From positions 1 to 63,977 of the forward strand of contig CALXEV010000004.1 of the NCBI GenBank assembly GCA_944387425.1: a stretch of 63,977 bases of DNA, read 5' to 3'. How positions within the stretch are numbered: position 1 is the first letter of the stretch; each line of letters opens with the position of its first letter. This document shows, in pieces, positions 19,089 through 28,116 of this stretch. Source of the DNA: an uncultured Clostridia bacterium (GTDB taxonomy: Bacteria; Bacillota; Clostridia; TANB77; CAG-508). Under the pieces are notes generated by a model that was not told where the DNA came from, did not search any database, and saw only the letters and a program-made list of their open reading frames with translations. The position numbers and the translations under genes are program-made.

Positions 19089-19412
19089 CTAGTTTTTGAT
19101 TTCGATGTCAACACCAGCTGGTAGTTCTAGTTTCATTAAACTATCCATTGTTTTTTGTGTTGGGTAAAGTATGTCTATAACTCTTTTATGTGTTCTCATT
19201 TCAAATTGCTCTCTTGAATCTTTGTGTTTGTGTGGAGAACGTAAAATTGTTATAACTTCCTTTTGTGTTGGTAATGGAATAGGACCTGATACTTTTGCTC
19301 CTGTTTTCTTAGCAGTATCTACTATTTTCTCAGCAGACTGATCTAAAACTACATGGTCATAAGCTTTTAGTCTTATTCTAATTTTTTCACTTGATACAAT
19401 TGAATTTGCCAT
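19089..19412 (-). CDS. rpsJ: 30S ribosomal protein S10
   Basis: [40 protein letters not shown]. Confidence 0.97.
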   Translation of the reverse strand: MANSIVSSEKIRIRLKAYDHVVLDQSAEKIVDTAKKTGAKVSGPIPLPTQKEVITILRSPHKHKDSREQFEMRTHKRVIDILYPTQKTMDSLMKLELPAGVDIEIKN

Positions 19413-19705
19413 TGTAATTTTCCCTCCTTAATAAAATATATAATAAAATTTAAAATTACGCGTTGGCAAGTTATAACGCACCCTGGTGTTTTGTGAATTA
19501 CCATTATAAAATCCCACGATTTTGCATGATTTATCTGGGATAAGTGCTTTCTGTATATGCAAATTGACTTTTGCATAGTGTTCTATTAGTTTTTTAGAAC
19601 ATTAACTTACCGCCTGGTCTAGCCAAGACATACTCCACTGAAGTTCCCTCCACCCTTTGTTCTGTAAGGATGTAGCTACATTCAGCTTCAACGCTAAATT
19701 TCATG
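19413..19705 (-). promoter_or_regulatory. long (~290 nt) structured 5' leader of the S10 operon
   Basis: Lies between a consensus promoter and the rpsJ RBS. It contains several hairpins (TATGCAAA/TTTGCATA, GTTCTA/TAGAAC, and ATCCCA..TGGGAT followed by TTTTAT). No coding potential has RBS support. Confidence 0.5.
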
Positions 19706-19712
19706 CTCAATT

Positions 19713-19741
19713 ATTATATAACGGTTTGTCAATTCTGTCAA
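19713..19741 (-). promoter_or_regulatory. consensus sigma-A promoter of the S10 operon
   Basis: On the minus strand: TTGACA, exactly 17 nt, then TATAAT. Confidence 0.75.
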
Positions 19742-19795
19742 TACTTTTAGTGAAATTTTCCAATTTATTTGATAATATTAATTGTATGAAACTAT

Positions 19796-19823
19796 AAAAG
19801 CGAGTAAAAATTTCACTCGCTTT
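19796..19823 (-). terminator. rho-independent terminator after the 794-aa gene
   Basis: Minus strand: GCGAGTGAAATTTTTACTCGC stem-loop followed by TTTTAT. Confidence 0.7.
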
Positions 19824-19852
19824 ATTTTTAATTCATTAAAATGTCCAAAATT

Positions 19853-22237
19853 TTATATTTCCTTTGCAAATTTAGCTTTAGCCTCTTCTATAGCTTTTTC
19901 TTGTAAAATCTGTCTTTTTATCAATAAATCTTCTGCTCCTACTATCTTGCATGCGTCTATTGTTGAATTATCTGGTCCTATCCTTACATAAGTTCCGTTC
20001 ACATTACCTTTAAGTCTTATACTTTCATTTCTTTCCTCATCGCTTAATACAATTCCAGATTTTTTTAGTAAATTATCATATTGCTCAATTGCATCAGGAG
20101 AATTTTCAAGATCAGCTATACGAACTAATAAAATATCTGCTTTTGTGTATTTACTTTTAATTTCTATCATATTGTTTAGCATTTTAATCTTTTCGCCCTT
20201 ACTCTTAGCTTCTGAAATTAGTGGGGTATATTTAAAATTAAATTCTTTTTCCATTAGTTCTTTGTAATCTTTAATTTTTTCTTTTGCCATATCATACTTT
20301 TCTTCTAATATATATGTTCCTGCTAAATCTAAATATGATGTTTCTAAAACAGTAGTAGCACGCTCATTATTATATAAACTTTTATTGCTTAAATTTTTGT
20401 CATCTAATATGGTATTTATTGCTTTTTCTAAGTATTTTTTTGCATTTTCAGCATTTTCTTCTATATCCTTTACAAGAAAGTGTCCTATACGTGATAATCC
20501 TGTTGCTTTTTCAAGCGTATTCTCAGATGTACACATATATGCTATTTTGTGAATTTCATCATCTTTAATACTTTTCAAATCCTTTAGTGGTTCAACTTCT
20601 AATACTTCACTAATTATTTGGCAATATTCATTATATCTTTTTTCTTCTTCTGCCATATTTTCTTCATCTTTTATTTTTGAATTTTCTATTGGTTTTACTT
20701 TAGTATCTTTTTTTGGTTCTCCTTCCATTTTTACTTGTGGTTCTTCATCTAGACTTGTTTTGTTTTTTCTTATCGACTTGTCTGTATTTACTTGTCTTGT
20801 ATTATCTACATTAGGCTTTGCTTTTTCAGCTATTTTTTGAAACTTTTCATCTCCATTTATTGTTTTGGTTATATATTTTCCATTTTCTAAAACAATATAT
20901 TCTCCATTTTCAATGCAATTTGAATTTAACACATATCTAAATTCTTCTGCTTTTAGTTCTATTCCAGCTGATTTTAGCATTTTATTATATAGTTCAATTG
21001 CAGAACGTCTTTTTCCCGTTCTACTTAATATCTTTAATAAACCTCTTTGTCCAGTCGCATATTTTCTAATATATTCTGTCAAATACTTTGTTTCATTTTC
21101 TTTATTTCTTGTTTTTCTCGCTTCTATAATAAGTGGCGCATATTTTTTAGATTTTTCTTTGCTTAAAATATCCATATACTTTTGATTCATTTCGTTAGCT
21201 TTTTGATATCTCTTTTGTTTTATATAGATTGCTTGTAACTTTAATAGAGTTTCTTCTAAATACTGGATATTTTCATCACTATTGTTATAAATATCCTCAT
21301 TTTCAAATATTTTTAATGCTGATTTATAATATTTCAAAGCAGAAGAATCACCTTCTTCAAATGTATTTCCTATATTAAATGCTGTAATAGCATTATCTAA
21401 ATCTTCAATTGTGGCAGTTTTTTCATTACCTCTTATATTATTAATAAAATTCAAAATGTTATCCATTATCCCAAATTCTCTTTCTACATATGCTCCCATT
21501 TTTTCTTCACTCTTAGCAGCTCTATTCATAATTCTAGCATCTTGTCCATCTAGCAATGAATCTATAAGATTATGTTCTAAATCAAACCATAATTCATCAT
21601 TATTTTGAACACATTCCATATATCTATATATATCTTCATCATCTTCTAATATAGTAATTACAACTGGATTTAGTTTTCTCTTTAATCTTATTTCCTCAAT
21701 TTTATTTTTAGTAATTTTTTTACATTTTTCATTTATTTTATGATTAGCATATTCTTTTTCTTTATGGTTCATTATATCTTGAATATCTTCTTGATAAAAG
21801 TTACCATTTTCTGTCCTATATTCGACTATGCCTAAATCTTCTTGTATACTTATACTAATTATTTTTTCACTTAAATTTTGCTCAGGTGAATTATTGTCAA
21901 TATTATTTTGTGGATTTAAGTTATTATTAATTGCATTATTTTTTTTGCTAACATTTTTATTTACACTAGTTCTTGCTACTGTAGCATCAGTTCCTTTAGT
22001 ATTAACTATAGTTTGAGTTACTATTGGCTCATTTATATTAATATTTTCTTGTTTCTTAACTTTTTTATTGTTTTTATCTTTTTGAGTTTTTACTTTGTCT
22101 TCTTTGTTTTTCTTAAATCTAAGTTTTAAGTTTTGAAAAGCTTTGCTTATTCTAATCTTAACGCTTGAAAATGTACTTTTAATTTTATTTACTGCTTTTC
22201 CAAATCCATCTTTAATTTTTGAAAAAAATTTTTTCAT
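19853..22237 (-). CDS. 794-aa uncharacterised protein: Lys-rich amphipathic N-terminus plus two internally duplicated helical-repeat (TPR-like) modules
   Basis: Good RBS (GGAGGA). The internal duplication is visible in the pairs KKYAPLIIEARK / FKYTPLISEAKSK, AIELYNKMLKSAGIELKAEEF / AIEQYDNLLKKSGIVLSDEER and ENGEYIVLENGKYI / VNGTYVRIGPDNSTI. There is no TM segment. Confidence 0.6.
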   Translation of the reverse strand: MKKFFSKIKDGFGKAVNKIKSTFSSVKIRISKAFQNLKLRFKKNKEDKVKTQKDKNNKKVKKQENININEPIVTQTIVNTKGTDATVARTSVNKNVSKKNNAINNNLNPQNNIDNNSPEQNLSEKIISISIQEDLGIVEYRTENGNFYQEDIQDIMNHKEKEYANHKINEKCKKITKNKIEEIRLKRKLNPVVITILEDDEDIYRYMECVQNNDELWFDLEHNLIDSLLDGQDARIMNRAAKSEEKMGAYVEREFGIMDNILNFINNIRGNEKTATIEDLDNAITAFNIGNTFEEGDSSALKYYKSALKIFENEDIYNNSDENIQYLEETLLKLQAIYIKQKRYQKANEMNQKYMDILSKEKSKKYAPLIIEARKTRNKENETKYLTEYIRKYATGQRGLLKILSRTGKRRSAIELYNKMLKSAGIELKAEEFRYVLNSNCIENGEYIVLENGKYITKTINGDEKFQKIAEKAKPNVDNTRQVNTDKSIRKNKTSLDEEPQVKMEGEPKKDTKVKPIENSKIKDEENMAEEEKRYNEYCQIISEVLEVEPLKDLKSIKDDEIHKIAYMCTSENTLEKATGLSRIGHFLVKDIEENAENAKKYLEKAINTILDDKNLSNKSLYNNERATTVLETSYLDLAGTYILEEKYDMAKEKIKDYKELMEKEFNFKYTPLISEAKSKGEKIKMLNNMIEIKSKYTKADILLVRIADLENSPDAIEQYDNLLKKSGIVLSDEERNESIRLKGNVNGTYVRIGPDNSTIDACKIVGAEDLLIKRQILQEKAIEEAKAKFAKEI

Positions 22238-22278
22238 AAATATCCTCCACTCTTTTCAAAATTAGCTCAATCAATACT

Positions 22279-22307
22279 ATTATAGCACTTTTTCGTGCTT
22301 TTGTAAA
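22279..22307 (-). promoter_or_regulatory. sigma-A promoter for the 794-aa gene
   Basis: Minus strand: TTTACA, 17 nt, then TGc-TATAAT (extended -10). Confidence 0.6.
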
Positions 22308-22340
22308 TATGTGGGAATAAAATTCAAACAACTTTTGTTG

Positions 22341-22375
22341 AAAAAACGTAGTATAAAAATTTATACTACGTTTTT
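22341..22375. terminator. bidirectional terminator after the PP2C-like gene
   Basis: A6, perfect 11-bp palindrome ACGTAGTATAA / TTATACTACGT, then T-run. Confidence 0.65.
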
Positions 22376-22384
22376 AGAGCAAAT

Positions 22385-23065
22385 TTAAAGGGCTATTGCT
22401 ATGTCATCATAAATCATATTCGAATTTCTTTTAAGGATTTCTCTTATTGACTGTTCGTCTCTGTCAATGAGAGCTTTTTCAAAAGCTTTTCTTTCTTGTT
22501 TTGGAAATCTGTCAGAAAGAATAAACCTAAGTCCATCTGTCGCAACATAAACACTTTGATAATCTGATTTTGGGAAAAATCTTATATCCAAAAATGCACA
22601 TTCTTTATACATTCCTCCACCAATAAAGTCATATGCAATATATCTCGGGGCGTTTCCGCCTTCTACCATAATGTTGTTGTTAATCTTTATATACTTAACG
22701 TTTTTGTTATTATCTATTGTAATAATATATCCATCACCAGCATTATGTACCTCAAAATTTTCGTCTTTTTCAATGCAGACTAATAATGTAAACAAATACT
22801 TGTCCCGAAATTCTTTTGCATTTACACCTTCTCTAAAAATATCACGAAATACCTTAACTATTGTACTTAGGAGTTTTCTTCCTGATGTTATTTCCTTCGA
22901 ATTTTTCCGGATTGCTTCTCCCATTCTTTGGGCACCAATTTCTGAATGTTCTCCAGAACCACATCCGTCAAGTACAACAGCCAAATTGTCTGTTGAAACA
23001 CAGTAGTCTTGATTTACTTTCTTAAGAATACAGCCCTGTGTAATCTCAATTTTTTGTTTTTTCAT
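22385..23065 (-). CDS. PP2C-like (PP2C_2-type) putative protein phosphatase
   Basis: VVLDGCGSGEHSEIGAQ near the N-terminus, NAGDGYII, and VYVATDGLRFI near the C-terminus. These resemble the metal-binding Asp motifs of stand-alone bacterial PP2C-like proteins. Confidence 0.45.
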   Translation of the reverse strand: MKKQKIEITQGCILKKVNQDYCVSTDNLAVVLDGCGSGEHSEIGAQRMGEAIRKNSKEITSGRKLLSTIVKVFRDIFREGVNAKEFRDKYLFTLLVCIEKDENFEVHNAGDGYIITIDNNKNVKYIKINNNIMVEGGNAPRYIAYDFIGGGMYKECAFLDIRFFPKSDYQSVYVATDGLRFILSDRFPKQERKAFEKALIDRDEQSIREILKRNSNMIYDDIAIAL

Positions 23066-23111
23066 TTTGCATCCTCCTAATGTTGTAAATTGATTTTACC
23101 TTTTTTCTTTT

Positions 23112-23153
23112 AAAATTTTCTAGAATGAAAAATATTTCGTTCTAGAAAATTTT
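23112..23153 (-). promoter_or_regulatory. 14-bp perfect inverted repeat in the 5' UTR of the PP2C-like gene (operator or leader hairpin)
   Basis: AAAATTTTCTAGAA-N14-TTCTAGAAAATTTT, located between the promoter (23177-23205) and the RBS. Confidence 0.4.
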
Positions 23154-23176
23154 ATTGATTATACAAGAATATCCAT

Positions 23177-23205
23177 ATTATACCATTTTTCTTATTCTAA
23201 GTCAA
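23177..23205 (-). promoter_or_regulatory. sigma-A promoter for the PP2C-like gene
   Basis: Minus strand: TTGACT, 17 nt, then TGg-TATAAT. Confidence 0.65.
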
Positions 23206-23224
23206 TACCTATACTTCTTAACAT

Positions 23225-23269
23225 TGCCATTTTTTCAAAAAAGAACCGGCACAAAATGCCAAAATGGCA
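23225..23269. repeat. family-1 repeat cluster 3 (single B unit inside a TGCCATTTT / AAAATGGCA hairpin)
   Basis: The core AAAAAGAACCGGCAC lies 12 nt downstream of the stop of the 23282..24706 gene. Confidence 0.75.
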
Positions 23270-23281
23270 CAAATGCAATAA

Positions 23282-24706
23282 CTATCTCTCATCTTTATCT
23301 TCAACTTTGACACCTGAATCACTTGGTAAAACAGATTGCGCATAGTCATATAATTCAATTGTATTCTTAGCTAGAGCAGCTACACTTGCCATACTTACTG
23401 AGCTTTCTCCATCTGTAACATATTCAAAATAAGAATCATTAACGATATCAAAAGCTTCTTGGCTTAAAGTTTCTACATCTCCTCCTTCAGTAATTTTATC
23501 ATCAACATAATCAAGCATATAACGCCCTAATGCTGTCTTAAAGTTAAATTCTTCTCCAGGAAGTTGCACTTGAAGTACATCAGAAGAATTCAACATTGTT
23601 ATAAAAAATGCATCCATATTCTCTATATGATCAATTGGATAATTAATATCATTTTCTTTCATTTTTTCAATCAGATAAGGTACACCTTTTTGAATCAAAT
23701 CTTGTAATGTTACTCCTGTTGTTTCCATACAAACTCTCAAAAATTCCATTGATTGGTTATATGATGAATTATATTCTCCAAATGGAATTCCACTTGCAAT
23801 TTCACCAATCATTTCTGCTTTAGCTTCTTCAATTGCCATTCCATAACTATAAACTACACCATATTGTTCAATCTTTGAATAAACTGTTAATTTTGAACTT
23901 GTATATGCTTTTCCTTCATTATAAGCTTCTGAAATTCCATGACCTAATACTTCATGACATAGAGTTTGACAATCAACTTCGTCTTCATTGATTGCTACAA
24001 TTCCAGTTTCAGGATCAAAGTAAGCTATTGTCCCATTTGTCATAGAATTTTCTCTCATTTCTTCATATTCTTGATTTATAATATTCATTCTTGAAATATT
24101 ATAATATAAAACTGATAAATCTAAATCTGCCAATTCTTTTTCAATATTATCCAGTCCTGTTATTAACCACTCTTTATACTGGTCTGTAAAATTATCTTTT
24201 TGCTTAATTAATTCTTTAACTTGTTCATAAGAAGGATTTTTTACATCAAGTTTTTCTACAAATTCCGAAAAACTACATACTGGAGCTGTAATTCCATTTT
24301 CGTCTGTATATTCCTCTAAAATATATACTCCATCTGATATTTGCTTTGGTGTTGAAGCACTAATATTAAATGAATAAATTAACATTACAGCTTCTACTGC
24401 ACACATTGCAATTGATAATGAGCATAGTTTATTTCCTATTATGACTTTGGGGTCTAGTTTTAATTTTCTTTGTTTTGTAAAGCTTTTATCTTTATGGTAT
24501 ACTATTTTATCTTCATCTTTTTTAATATCATAATATTTTTTAGTTGTATAAATTTGATATAATTCTTTGAATTCATCAAATGTTGGATACATCAGTGAAC
24601 CATCATCTAATATTCTTAAAAAGTATTTTTGATAATATTTATTTGACAAAACTTTGAATTTTTTTCCTTTATAACTAATGTTTAACAAAACTCTATATAT
24701 TTCCAT
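23282..24706 (-). CDS. uncharacterised single-pass membrane protein (~474 aa) with an HEVLGH motif
   Basis: One TM segment (LCSLSIAMCAVEAVMLIYSF). The start was moved to the second ATG (24706), after an AGGAGA RBS. It begins 22 nt after comEB, so it is probably co-transcribed. Confidence 0.55.
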   Translation of the reverse strand: MEIYRVLLNISYKGKKFKVLSNKYYQKYFLRILDDGSLMYPTFDEFKELYQIYTTKKYYDIKKDEDKIVYHKDKSFTKQRKLKLDPKVIIGNKLCSLSIAMCAVEAVMLIYSFNISASTPKQISDGVYILEEYTDENGITAPVCSFSEFVEKLDVKNPSYEQVKELIKQKDNFTDQYKEWLITGLDNIEKELADLDLSVLYYNISRMNIINQEYEEMRENSMTNGTIAYFDPETGIVAINEDEVDCQTLCHEVLGHGISEAYNEGKAYTSSKLTVYSKIEQYGVVYSYGMAIEEAKAEMIGEIASGIPFGEYNSSYNQSMEFLRVCMETTGVTLQDLIQKGVPYLIEKMKENDINYPIDHIENMDAFFITMLNSSDVLQVQLPGEEFNFKTALGRYMLDYVDDKITEGGDVETLSQEAFDIVNDSYFEYVTDGESSVSMASVAALAKNTIELYDYAQSVLPSDSGVKVEDKDER

Positions 24707-24728
24707 TAATATTCTCCTCATTTTTGTT

Positions 24729-25226
24729 TTATTTCAAATCTATTACTATCTCTTTTTCTTCTTTTAAATCTATTTTTTTATATGTGACACCACACTCATC
24801 AAAAAGTTTACGAGATGCAATATTATTTTCACTATTTGCATATTTATTTGAAAGATATACTACTTCTTTTATTCCAGATTGAATTATAATTTTTGCACAT
24901 TCATTACATGGGAATAAATCTACATATATTTTTGAATTTTCTAAGTCTTTTTTACTTCCTCTATAATTTAATATTGCGTTCATTTCTGCATGACATACAT
25001 ATGGATATTTTGTATTTAAATTTTCTCCTTCTCTTCCCCATGGAAATTTTTCATCATCATAACCATTAGGTGCACCATTATATCCAATTGATAAAATTCT
25101 ATTATCATTACTTACTATACATGCTCCAACTTGTGTGTTAGGATCTTTACTCCTCATTGCTGATAATTTTGCTATTGCCATAAAATATTCATCCCAACTT
25201 ATATAATCTTTTCTTTTTTCGCTCAT
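24729..25226 (-). CDS. comEB: dCMP deaminase (ComEB family)
   Basis: CHAEMNAI ... PCNECAKII zinc motifs. The start is at the ATG after an AAAGGAG RBS. Confidence 0.9.
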   Translation of the reverse strand: MSEKRKDYISWDEYFMAIAKLSAMRSKDPNTQVGACIVSNDNRILSIGYNGAPNGYDDEKFPWGREGENLNTKYPYVCHAEMNAILNYRGSKKDLENSKIYVDLFPCNECAKIIIQSGIKEVVYLSNKYANSENNIASRKLFDECGVTYKKIDLKEEKEIVIDLK

Positions 25227-25301
25227 TTTTACTTCTCCTTTCATAATTTATAAAGCAAAAAGAATTGTTATCTGGCTTCACCAAATAGCAATTCTTTTTT
25301 C

Positions 25302-25922
25302 TTATTCTTCATTCTTTTTTGTTACAAATACTATACTTGCTAAATATACTATTATTACAAGTATTGGTGTATATACTCCTAATGGTACTCTTGTAATTGC
25401 AATTAAACTTAATAAAACAAGTTCTGCTATTATTGGTATCAATATAGTTCTTAATAGAACTTTTATAATTCCTTCTTTATTATATCTGATTAGCATATAT
25501 GCTAGTATTAGTACTCCTGAAATTATCATCGGAATAACATAGTGTTTATACATATCTAATATTCTTGTAGCTGGCACTGTGTTTATTATTGTTTCTTCAG
25601 CAGTTTGTTCAAATTCATAATTTTCTTTTATTTTATTAACAATATTGTTTTTTTGTTCTTCAGTAATTTGTTCTGCTCTAATTGTTACCATGTCTTTATA
25701 TATTTCTACAAGTTGTACCATATTTTCTTTTCCAAGTACTTCATTAGCTATTTCTTTAATCTTTTTTTCGTCTATTTCTTTTCTTACATATACATCTATA
25801 CTTTGTCCTTGTTTAAATTCTAATTGTTTATTAAATCCTAATATATTTACTACTACTATTCCTGCAAGTATTATTAATGCTAAAATTGCTATAGCAATAA
25901 TTTTTTTATTTCTTTGTTTCAT
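25302..25922 (-). CDS. short, divergent SecF-like membrane protein
   Basis: N-terminal TM segment followed by GFNKQLEFKQGQSIDVYV (resembles the SecF GIDFTGG region). It has fewer C-terminal TM helices than canonical SecF and is adjacent to the SecD-like gene. Confidence 0.4.
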   Translation of the reverse strand: MKQRNKKIIAIAILALIILAGIVVVNILGFNKQLEFKQGQSIDVYVRKEIDEKKIKEIANEVLGKENMVQLVEIYKDMVTIRAEQITEEQKNNIVNKIKENYEFEQTAEETIINTVPATRILDMYKHYVIPMIISGVLILAYMLIRYNKEGIIKVLLRTILIPIIAELVLLSLIAITRVPLGVYTPILVIIVYLASIVFVTKKNEE

Positions 25923-25932
25923 TTGATGCCTC

Positions 25933-27351
25933 CTATTTCTCTTCTTCCAATTTTAATAATGTTTTTGTTACTAATATATTATATATTGCCATTAACATTA
26001 ATCCCCAGAACATTACCATTCCAAAACTGCTTAAATTTGTCCATCCTGATAAACAGAATACTATTACCAATATTATTACAGGAATTAATTTTGAGAATAC
26101 ATTTTTATAAGTATAATTTATTGCTTCATCTAGCATTTTCATTTTTTGCATTCTAGTTAGTATTGTTTTTATAAATGCTAAGTTTATTATCATTACAATT
26201 ATTATTCCGCCAATTCCTTCTATTGTTATTGTAACATTTGCATATCTTAATATTAATAAAAATAATGATATAAATCCAATATATGAAATACTTGTTAAAA
26301 TACCTATTTTTCTATATTTTATACTAAATACTAGCAGAATAACTACTGTAATTGCTAAAACTGCAATTCCGAAATATAATAATTGTTCTGTTGAAATACT
26401 TGAGTATACATATCTATTTGCTGTTAGTTCATATTCAACTGGATATTTTCCAGCATTTATTAGCATTTCTAATTCTGCTGCTACTGCTATATTATTATTT
26501 ACTGTAGTTGTATTTGTTGATTCTACTCCTATTAATACAGTTATTTTATTTTTGTCAATTTTTGAAATACTATATTCTGTTCCTGCAATAGTTAGTGTTG
26601 CTATTTTTTTATTTTGTTCTTGTGTTTCTTGATTTTCTGTACTTGCGTTTTCTGTATTTGTACCTTCTGTTGTTTCTGTATTGTTTGTGCTTTCTGTGTT
26701 TTCAGTTGTTTCTGAATTTGATTCTTCTGCAGATTCAATTTCATCTATTTCTGATTTTAAGAATGCATATGTTCCTGATAATTCTTGTATTTTAGCTTGT
26801 CCTTCATCTGTTAATGCTAATTCTAAATATACTTGATATTGTCCATTTGCATTTTGTGTATAACTATATTTTGCACTTTTTATCATTTCATCATTTATTA
26901 ATTCTGTTGTTGCTACATTTTCAGTATTTGTGTCTGTTTCAGATTCTTCTGCTTTTTCATCAATTTGTACTTTGGCTTGTACAGTTAAATAATATACATA
27001 TGAATCTGTGTTTTCATCTTCTGGAAATTCTACTCTTATTGTTCCGTCTTGGTTATTTAAAGAAATTGTATAGTCTTCAATATTTAATTTGTTTAATCTG
27101 TTTTCAATTGTTTTTTTAACAATTTTGTAATTTTCTTCTGTTAGAAGTTCTGTATTTTGCTCTCCAGAATCTTCATCACTTTGTGCAACTTTTATTTCTG
27201 CAACTCTTGCTCCTTCAAGGGCTCTTCCTAATGAATAATCTTTAACTTTGTTTTCCATTCTATTTTGTGTTTGAATATATACTCCACCAAATGCTACAAG
27301 TGTTACTAATACTATTGCTAATACTATTGTTAATATTTTTACTTTTCTCAT
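25933..27351 (-). CDS. divergent SecD-like membrane protein with acidic Thr/Glu/Asn-rich insert
   Basis: N-terminal TM segment, large extracytoplasmic region and a C-terminal multi-TM block (LTSISYIGFISLFLLILRYANVTITIEGIGGIIIVMIINLAFIKTI) resembling the SecD C-terminus. Confidence 0.45.
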   Translation of the reverse strand: MRKVKILTIVLAIVLVTLVAFGGVYIQTQNRMENKVKDYSLGRALEGARVAEIKVAQSDEDSGEQNTELLTEENYKIVKKTIENRLNKLNIEDYTISLNNQDGTIRVEFPEDENTDSYVYYLTVQAKVQIDEKAEESETDTNTENVATTELINDEMIKSAKYSYTQNANGQYQVYLELALTDEGQAKIQELSGTYAFLKSEIDEIESAEESNSETTENTESTNNTETTEGTNTENASTENQETQEQNKKIATLTIAGTEYSISKIDKNKITVLIGVESTNTTTVNNNIAVAAELEMLINAGKYPVEYELTANRYVYSSISTEQLLYFGIAVLAITVVILLVFSIKYRKIGILTSISYIGFISLFLLILRYANVTITIEGIGGIIIVMIINLAFIKTILTRMQKMKMLDEAINYTYKNVFSKLIPVIILVIVFCLSGWTNLSSFGMVMFWGLMLMAIYNILVTKTLLKLEEEK

Positions 27352-27374
27352 TTTTGTTATCGTTCCTTCCTCTA

Positions 27375-28034
27375 TTATAATAATTTTGTTCCATTTATTT
27401 CTAACTCAAACCAAATTTGCAAATATTTTGCTGCATATTTGCTCATCATTGTTCTATCCATAAATATTTGAAAATAATCAAGTACTGGACATATTTGAGT
27501 ATCTATTGTTAAATTCAATTTTACTTTTCTTGCATTTTCATCAATATCTAGTTCAGCATTTGTTACAGCATAATTTACTCTATCATGTATGTCAAATGTT
27601 GACATGTTTGTGTTTACAACTCTATCTCTATGAACATCTGATTTGTCAGCCAAAATTAGTGCTGCAGATATTGCACTAACAGCTGTTCCTGTTCCTTCAT
27701 CATGATTACCTATTGCACTAACAATTTCTGTTCTGTCTTCTGGTGGCATTCCCATTTCTTTTAAAATGTTATATGCTAAAATTGCACCTGTATGTGCATG
27801 GTTTGCTCTATTTACGCAATTTCCTATATCATGTAAGTATCCAGCAATTTTTCCAAGTTCTATTGTTTTTTCATCATATCCTAATTTTTGCAATATCTCC
27901 CCAGTTCTTTTTGATACTATTCCTATATGTCTATATGAATGTTCTGTATAACCAAGGGCTTGCAATTGTTTTTGTGCACCTTCTATAAATGCTCGAACTT
28001 CAGCATTTTTTATGACATCTTCTAATGTAATCAT
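27375..28034 (-). CDS. HD-domain phosphohydrolase
   Basis: HSYRHIGIV ... GYLHDIGN ... HDEG motifs. Confidence 0.75.
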   Translation of the reverse strand: MITLEDVIKNAEVRAFIEGAQKQLQALGYTEHSYRHIGIVSKRTGEILQKLGYDEKTIELGKIAGYLHDIGNCVNRANHAHTGAILAYNILKEMGMPPEDRTEIVSAIGNHDEGTGTAVSAISAALILADKSDVHRDRVVNTNMSTFDIHDRVNYAVTNAELDIDENARKVKLNLTIDTQICPVLDYFQIFMDRTMMSKYAAKYLQIWFELEINGTKLL

Positions 28035-28116
28035 ATTTGCCTCCTTTTGTCTGTAATGATTTTACCCCAATTTTCCAAAAATATCAACTATTTTTTTTAT
28101 TTTTATTTAAGTATAT

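Noticed and set aside
19373-19576. 67-aa ORF in the S10 leader.
   Set aside because: It overlaps the rpsJ start, has no RBS and gives an unremarkable translation. The region is better explained as a 5' UTR.
19620-19665. The segment AAAGGGTGGAGGGAAC in the S10 leader resembles the GGTGGAGGGA of SAM-I riboswitches and the GGGTGG of T-boxes.
   Set aside because: The remaining conserved elements are absent. For SAM-I these are GCCC, GCAACC and the kink-turn. For a T-box these are TACCGCG, the AGAGA/specifier architecture and the antiterminator. The resemblance is probably chance.
23939-23956. HEVLGH in the 474-aa protein as a zincin HExxH metalloprotease site.
   Set aside because: The spacing is HExxxH, not HExxH, and no clear third ligand motif is visible. 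I therefore did not call it a metalloprotease.
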